From Octopus bimaculoides (taxonomy: Eukaryota): a stretch of 37,649 nt of DNA. The notes under the pieces were generated by a model that saw only the letters and a list, made by a program, of their open reading frames with translations, did no database searches and was not told the DNA's origin. The stretch is from the NCBI RefSeq assembly GCF_001194135.2, contig NC_068988.1, positions 35,170,723 through 35,208,371 of the forward strand, in the 5' to 3' direction. Shown one piece after another: positions 33,739-37,649 of this stretch. The position numbers and the translations under genes were made by a program. Every line of letters begins with the position of its first letter. Position 1 is the stretch's first letter.

Positions 33739-33947
33739 TTTCAAATTTTTGCACAAGGCCAGCAATTTCGGGTGAGGGGTAAGTCGATTACATCGACCCA
33801 AATACTCAACTGGTACTTATTTTATCAACTCCAAAAGGATGAAAGGCAAAGTCGACCTCAGCAGAATTTGAACTCAGAACGTTAAGACCGACGAAATGCC
33901 GCTAAGCATTTCACCTGGCGTGCTAAGGATTCTGCCACCTCGCTGCC
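33739..33947 (-). mobile_element. Well-preserved Meta-domain-like SINE (family B)
   Basis: Minus strand GGCAGCGAGGTGGCAGAATCCTTAGCACG..GAGTTCAAATTCTGCTGAGGTCGACTTTGCCTTTCATCCTTTTGGAGTTGATAAAATAAGTACC. Confidence 0.88.
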
Positions 33948-34074
33948 TTAACATACACATATATATATTAATATAAACAGTCGGGAAGCACCTTTCAACG
34001 TTTCTCCAAGTAATCCATACATCACCAACCAGCTTTCTGAGGGGTTGAAGTAGAAAGTGCAAGAGGAAGCGAGG

Positions 34075-34125
<51 letters not shown>

Positions 34126-34602
34126 GAGAGAGAGGAGGAGGGAGAAGGAGGTGGGGTTTTATGTAACGTCAAAATATGGGAGCGGTTTTGGTCATCAGTT
34201 AGGGCGCTTGTACATTGTCGCTCCACCGGCTGGAAATTGTCATCAAATCTCACTGAAATCTAACCTCACATCTTAATACAATAATGTATAGGACAATGAA
34301 GTTCCTGATACACGGTTACGTGTGTCCGAAGGTTACGAATGGGATGCCTTTTATCCTATATTAGATATATCAGGTTGATATGGAGTTTGACGACAATAAT
34401 AAAATTAACAATTAAGGCGATTGTGAATTCGTTTGGTTTTCTAATAAGTAAATGGTCATCTCATCTTGTACTAACGCAATTACACTGCGTAGCATGATTT
34501 TTGTCTTTGGGTACCAACTGTTATTTTCGTATTTGCTTACTCCAAGAAAATTTTAAAAATGGCTAATATTTGCAGAAAACTTTGCTTTTGTTGCATTTAT
34601 GT

Positions 34603-34823
34603 AAACCTCAAAGAATCCATCTCAACACATGGCTATGATGTTCCTTCACTACTCCTGTTCACGATCAGAGATACACATATTATCTGTTACTAAGAGTTAT
34701 GCTCAGGTGGCTGAGGTCAAGCAAATCTGTGGTATTGAGCTGGATATTCTCAATAACGATATTTCTGCTTCAGTAACTCAGCACTGAATCTATCTGAAAT
34801 GTGATGGAAGATCAGAAGATTGA
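34603..34823 (-). mobile_element. Diverged partial copy of the 7486-8034 element
   Basis: CAACACATGGCTATGATG..CACTAC..GATCAGAGATACACATATT..AAGCAAATCTGTGGTA..AAGATCAGAAG is the reverse complement of about 7520-7745. Confidence 0.8.
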
Positions 34824-35109
34824 TGTCCAAGCCACAAAAGCAAAGTTTGAAGAGAATAGTAGTAATTTACATTCATTTTTAGATAGAAACAAATAGAAAA
34901 TAATTCTTACTGACCAAAAAGAAAAAGAAAAAAGAAAAGAAAACTGTTACACAGTGTTATCTATCTGTCTTCTATCTTTGATCTGTTACTTGTTTCAATT
35001 AATAGATTGAAGATTGAGGCCATGCCGAGGCACCGGCTTGTTGTTTTGCATATCTGGAAGAAGGGCACTTCGAAGTGACTGTCAATCTTATCCGTGTAGT
35101 ATATATATG

Positions 35110-35151
<42 letters not shown>

Positions 35152-35518
35152 TGACGGAGGTATGCAAACAGATTAATAACCCATGTTTGTTTCAGTGTTC
35201 TGCAAAATTTGTTTGTTTTACCTGTCAGGTTTTACCTGTCAAGTTCACTACCATCTGAGGTGAGACACGCATTCAGTTCTATTTACAGTGAGCAAGTTTG
35301 ACTGCTGCACAAGTTTACATTTGAATTACCTGCCCTTCGCAACAAAGAAAAGGAAAACACTCCCTCTTTTCTCCTGCTACAGTTACTTTGTCATCATGGA
35401 AGTCAGAGTGTTAGATTTTCACTGCTCAAAATACTCATATAGATACACAAAACAGACACACATACATAGACATAAAAGTGCATTCATACACGTATATATT
35501 TATACACATACATTAATA

Positions 35519-36150
35519 GGAGGGGAAGTCAAAAATTATCTGCACTTACGCCATAACATATCTTCATTAGTGTCACACTGCCTTCTGCGCATCTGTGCTT
35601 TATTGTGGTCACGTGATCGAAATTTGTATCTGATCGCGCTATTTTTCTTTCCGGCTTTACAGTGAAAGCATGGCCGCTCCACTAGCAATGTGCACCAAAG
35701 AAGAACAAATAGCAATGATCTAATTTCTCCGGTCGGATGAATTGTCAGGTACTGAAATTCATCGGAGGCTTTTTGCACAATATGGGGTGAGTGCAGTACC
35801 GCCTGGACGTGTGTACGAGTAGAACGAGAAGTTTAAAAGTTGCCGGACAAGCGTGATGCACGAAAAGGGGACAGGACGAGAAGGTTCAGCAAGCTTGAGA
35901 GATGGTAATGGTGAACCGTTTCACCATTATCATCACTCGGATCACTGCTCTCTGTTCTTCTTTGGTGCACATTGCCAGTAGAGCATGATTACACTGTAAA
36001 GCCAGAAAGAAAAATTGTCGCAATCAGGCTCAAACTTCGATCACGTGACCATAATAGTACCAACTATAAGCACGCATGCGCAGAAGACAATGTGACAATA
36101 ATAAAGATATGTTATGGCGAATGTGCGGATAATTTTTGACTTTCCCTCTC
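35519..36150 (+). mobile_element. Rearranged mariner derivative with ~200-bp inverted arms
   Basis: Ends TA-GGAGGGGAAGTCAAAAATTATC / GATAATTTTTGACTTTCCCTC. Arms about 35519-35720 and 35940-36148. Confidence 0.88.
35670..35879 (+). pseudogene. Mariner transposase N-terminal (HTH) fragment
   Basis: MAAPLAMCTKEEQIAMI*FLRSDELSGTEIHRRLFAQYGVSAVPPGRVYE*NEKFKSCRTSVMHEKGTGR. It has two stops and ends at the GR(P) motif. Confidence 0.85.
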
Positions 36151-36548
36151 AGCATTCTTTCGGGCGACCTTTGCACTATTTACTTCCCTACTTTCACACA
36201 ACGGCAAGCACCGGACATTAGATTTTTAATCAAAACTGACTATCGCCTACGATATAAACCGTCGTGTTAACATCCAACTCGTCACAGTATTGTAATTACA
36301 TAACGGTTGAATAAAATCTGTAGTAAGGATAGACTATCGAGTGTCAATTAATTGCAATACATCTAGTTATTATCAATTTACCACACGCAACCTTTATCTT
36401 ATTGTTATACTTCGCTAACTCATCATATCGAACGCATCAGATCTCATATTGCTACATTTGGCGAATCCGTGTGAATAACACAGTCAACAAAGAAACTTCG
36501 TATGATCCAGCCTGCCTATGTCTTATCCGTTACTCACACACGTGCGCA

Positions 36549-36587
<39 letters not shown>

Positions 36588-36667
36588 AGATATATAACAG
36601 ATAGAATATGTATATTATGCGCAGCAAACTGAAGGATACATACCTGAAAATTAAACATATGTGGGTA

Positions 36668-37296
36668 TATTATTTTGTTTTATTTCAAGATTTTTTGCTA
36701 ATAGAGAAAGAGCCTGTTTCTAACCTAGATCCGAGGCTCCTTCATTGGAATTTCAACATCAACAACGCGGTATTTTTGTATGTATGTATGTATGAATATA
36801 TGTATATATGTATATGTCCAACTTTGTATGTTTTGCTTTATATATGTATTCTCATGCATATAATCGCATATCTAGATATGTTCTTATATATTTAAATGAT
36901 AAACTTCTGGAAAGTTTTACAGATTTTTACAGTTCCAGTGCTGGATTGGATCTGTAGTCTTCGAATTAGTTTTCTCCTTTCTGGTTTTGAGAAGCCTAAT
37001 TTCTCAAGATTGGTATCTAGACAGTGTGTTCCATATCTCAGGGCCCCGAGAGTTACAGCTATAAACTTGAACTCGAAAACAGCAGATTTCTCGATAGTTC
37101 AGCGAAGATATAGTCTTTTTTTTACTGATCTTCAGCTGTATGTTATCATCTGCTGGACAGCTAATTTCCACAGTTTCTCTTCTCTTTCCCAAGATAATAC
37201 CGTGATGACATTTTCGGACAACTGATTATACTGTGGGTGGTATCTTCGCTGTTAGCTCCACAAAGTCTGCATCGGTTGTCACATTTTACTGCTTTA
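36668..37296 (-). mobile_element. 3' fragment of a second RLE-type non-LTR retrotransposon family
   Basis: CRLCGANSEDTTHSIISCPKMSSRYYL (CCHC) is joined to VEISCPADDNIQLKISK and LGAL..LEKLGFSK..TGTVKICKTFQKFII* (stop at 36892-36894), followed by a 3' UTR and an A-rich end. Confidence 0.8.
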
Positions 37297-37649
37297 TATG
37301 CATATATATATATATGTGTATGTATATATACACACACACAAACACACATATATGTGTATATATATATATATACACACACAAAATCATCAAAAGCCACAAA
37401 CAACCAAAATCACTGAAAAAGATCCTCACAAAGGCAAAATTATTTTCCGAAACAACAGATGCGAAAGTAAAAAAACTGTGGTCGACCAAATTGTGCAACA
37501 TGCCCAAACATTCTAGAAGGTTCAGAATTCCTCTTCAAAGAGGGACACAAATTCAAAGTTAAATCTAACTTTATTTAAATATATACTTTAACCATGTAAC
37601 ACACGTCTTCTGTAGTTTTTTCACTCTTATTATCTTTTATATATATATA

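Noticed and set aside
1-37649. Host protein-coding exons
   Set aside because: No ORF with a recognisable non-TE domain was seen. Short exons cannot be excluded without RNA-seq or homology searches.

Overview
This is AT-rich eukaryotic DNA with dense microsatellites and eight N-gaps. I recognise no host protein-coding exon, so it reads as intronic or intergenic. The repeat families look like those of Octopus or another coleoid cephalopod; this is an inference from recalled repeat sequences, not from a search. The window is almost all mobile-element debris. It holds more than 20 tRNA-derived SINE copies (CORE-like, Meta-like, and a set whose 5' and 3' modules are shuffled) and three fragments of RLE-type (R4/Dong-like) LINEs, one embedded in (TAA)n. 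It also holds a same-strand cluster of L1/Tx1-like pieces (a decayed RT ORF2, an apparently ORF1-only unit and a second 5' end) and two mariner-derived MITEs. The most interesting region is 24.7-25.95 kb. There, two back-to-back fold-back elements carry minimal hammerhead-ribozyme motifs, one with an intact CUGAUGA...GAAA core, plus a GIY-YIG-like C-terminus, which points to Penelope-like elements with 5' inverted duplications. At 13.6-19.0 kb there are two short, near-identical inverted copies (126/127 bp and 67/67 bp) that retrotransposition does not explain. Most ORFs in the supplied track are artefacts of N-gaps and microsatellites.
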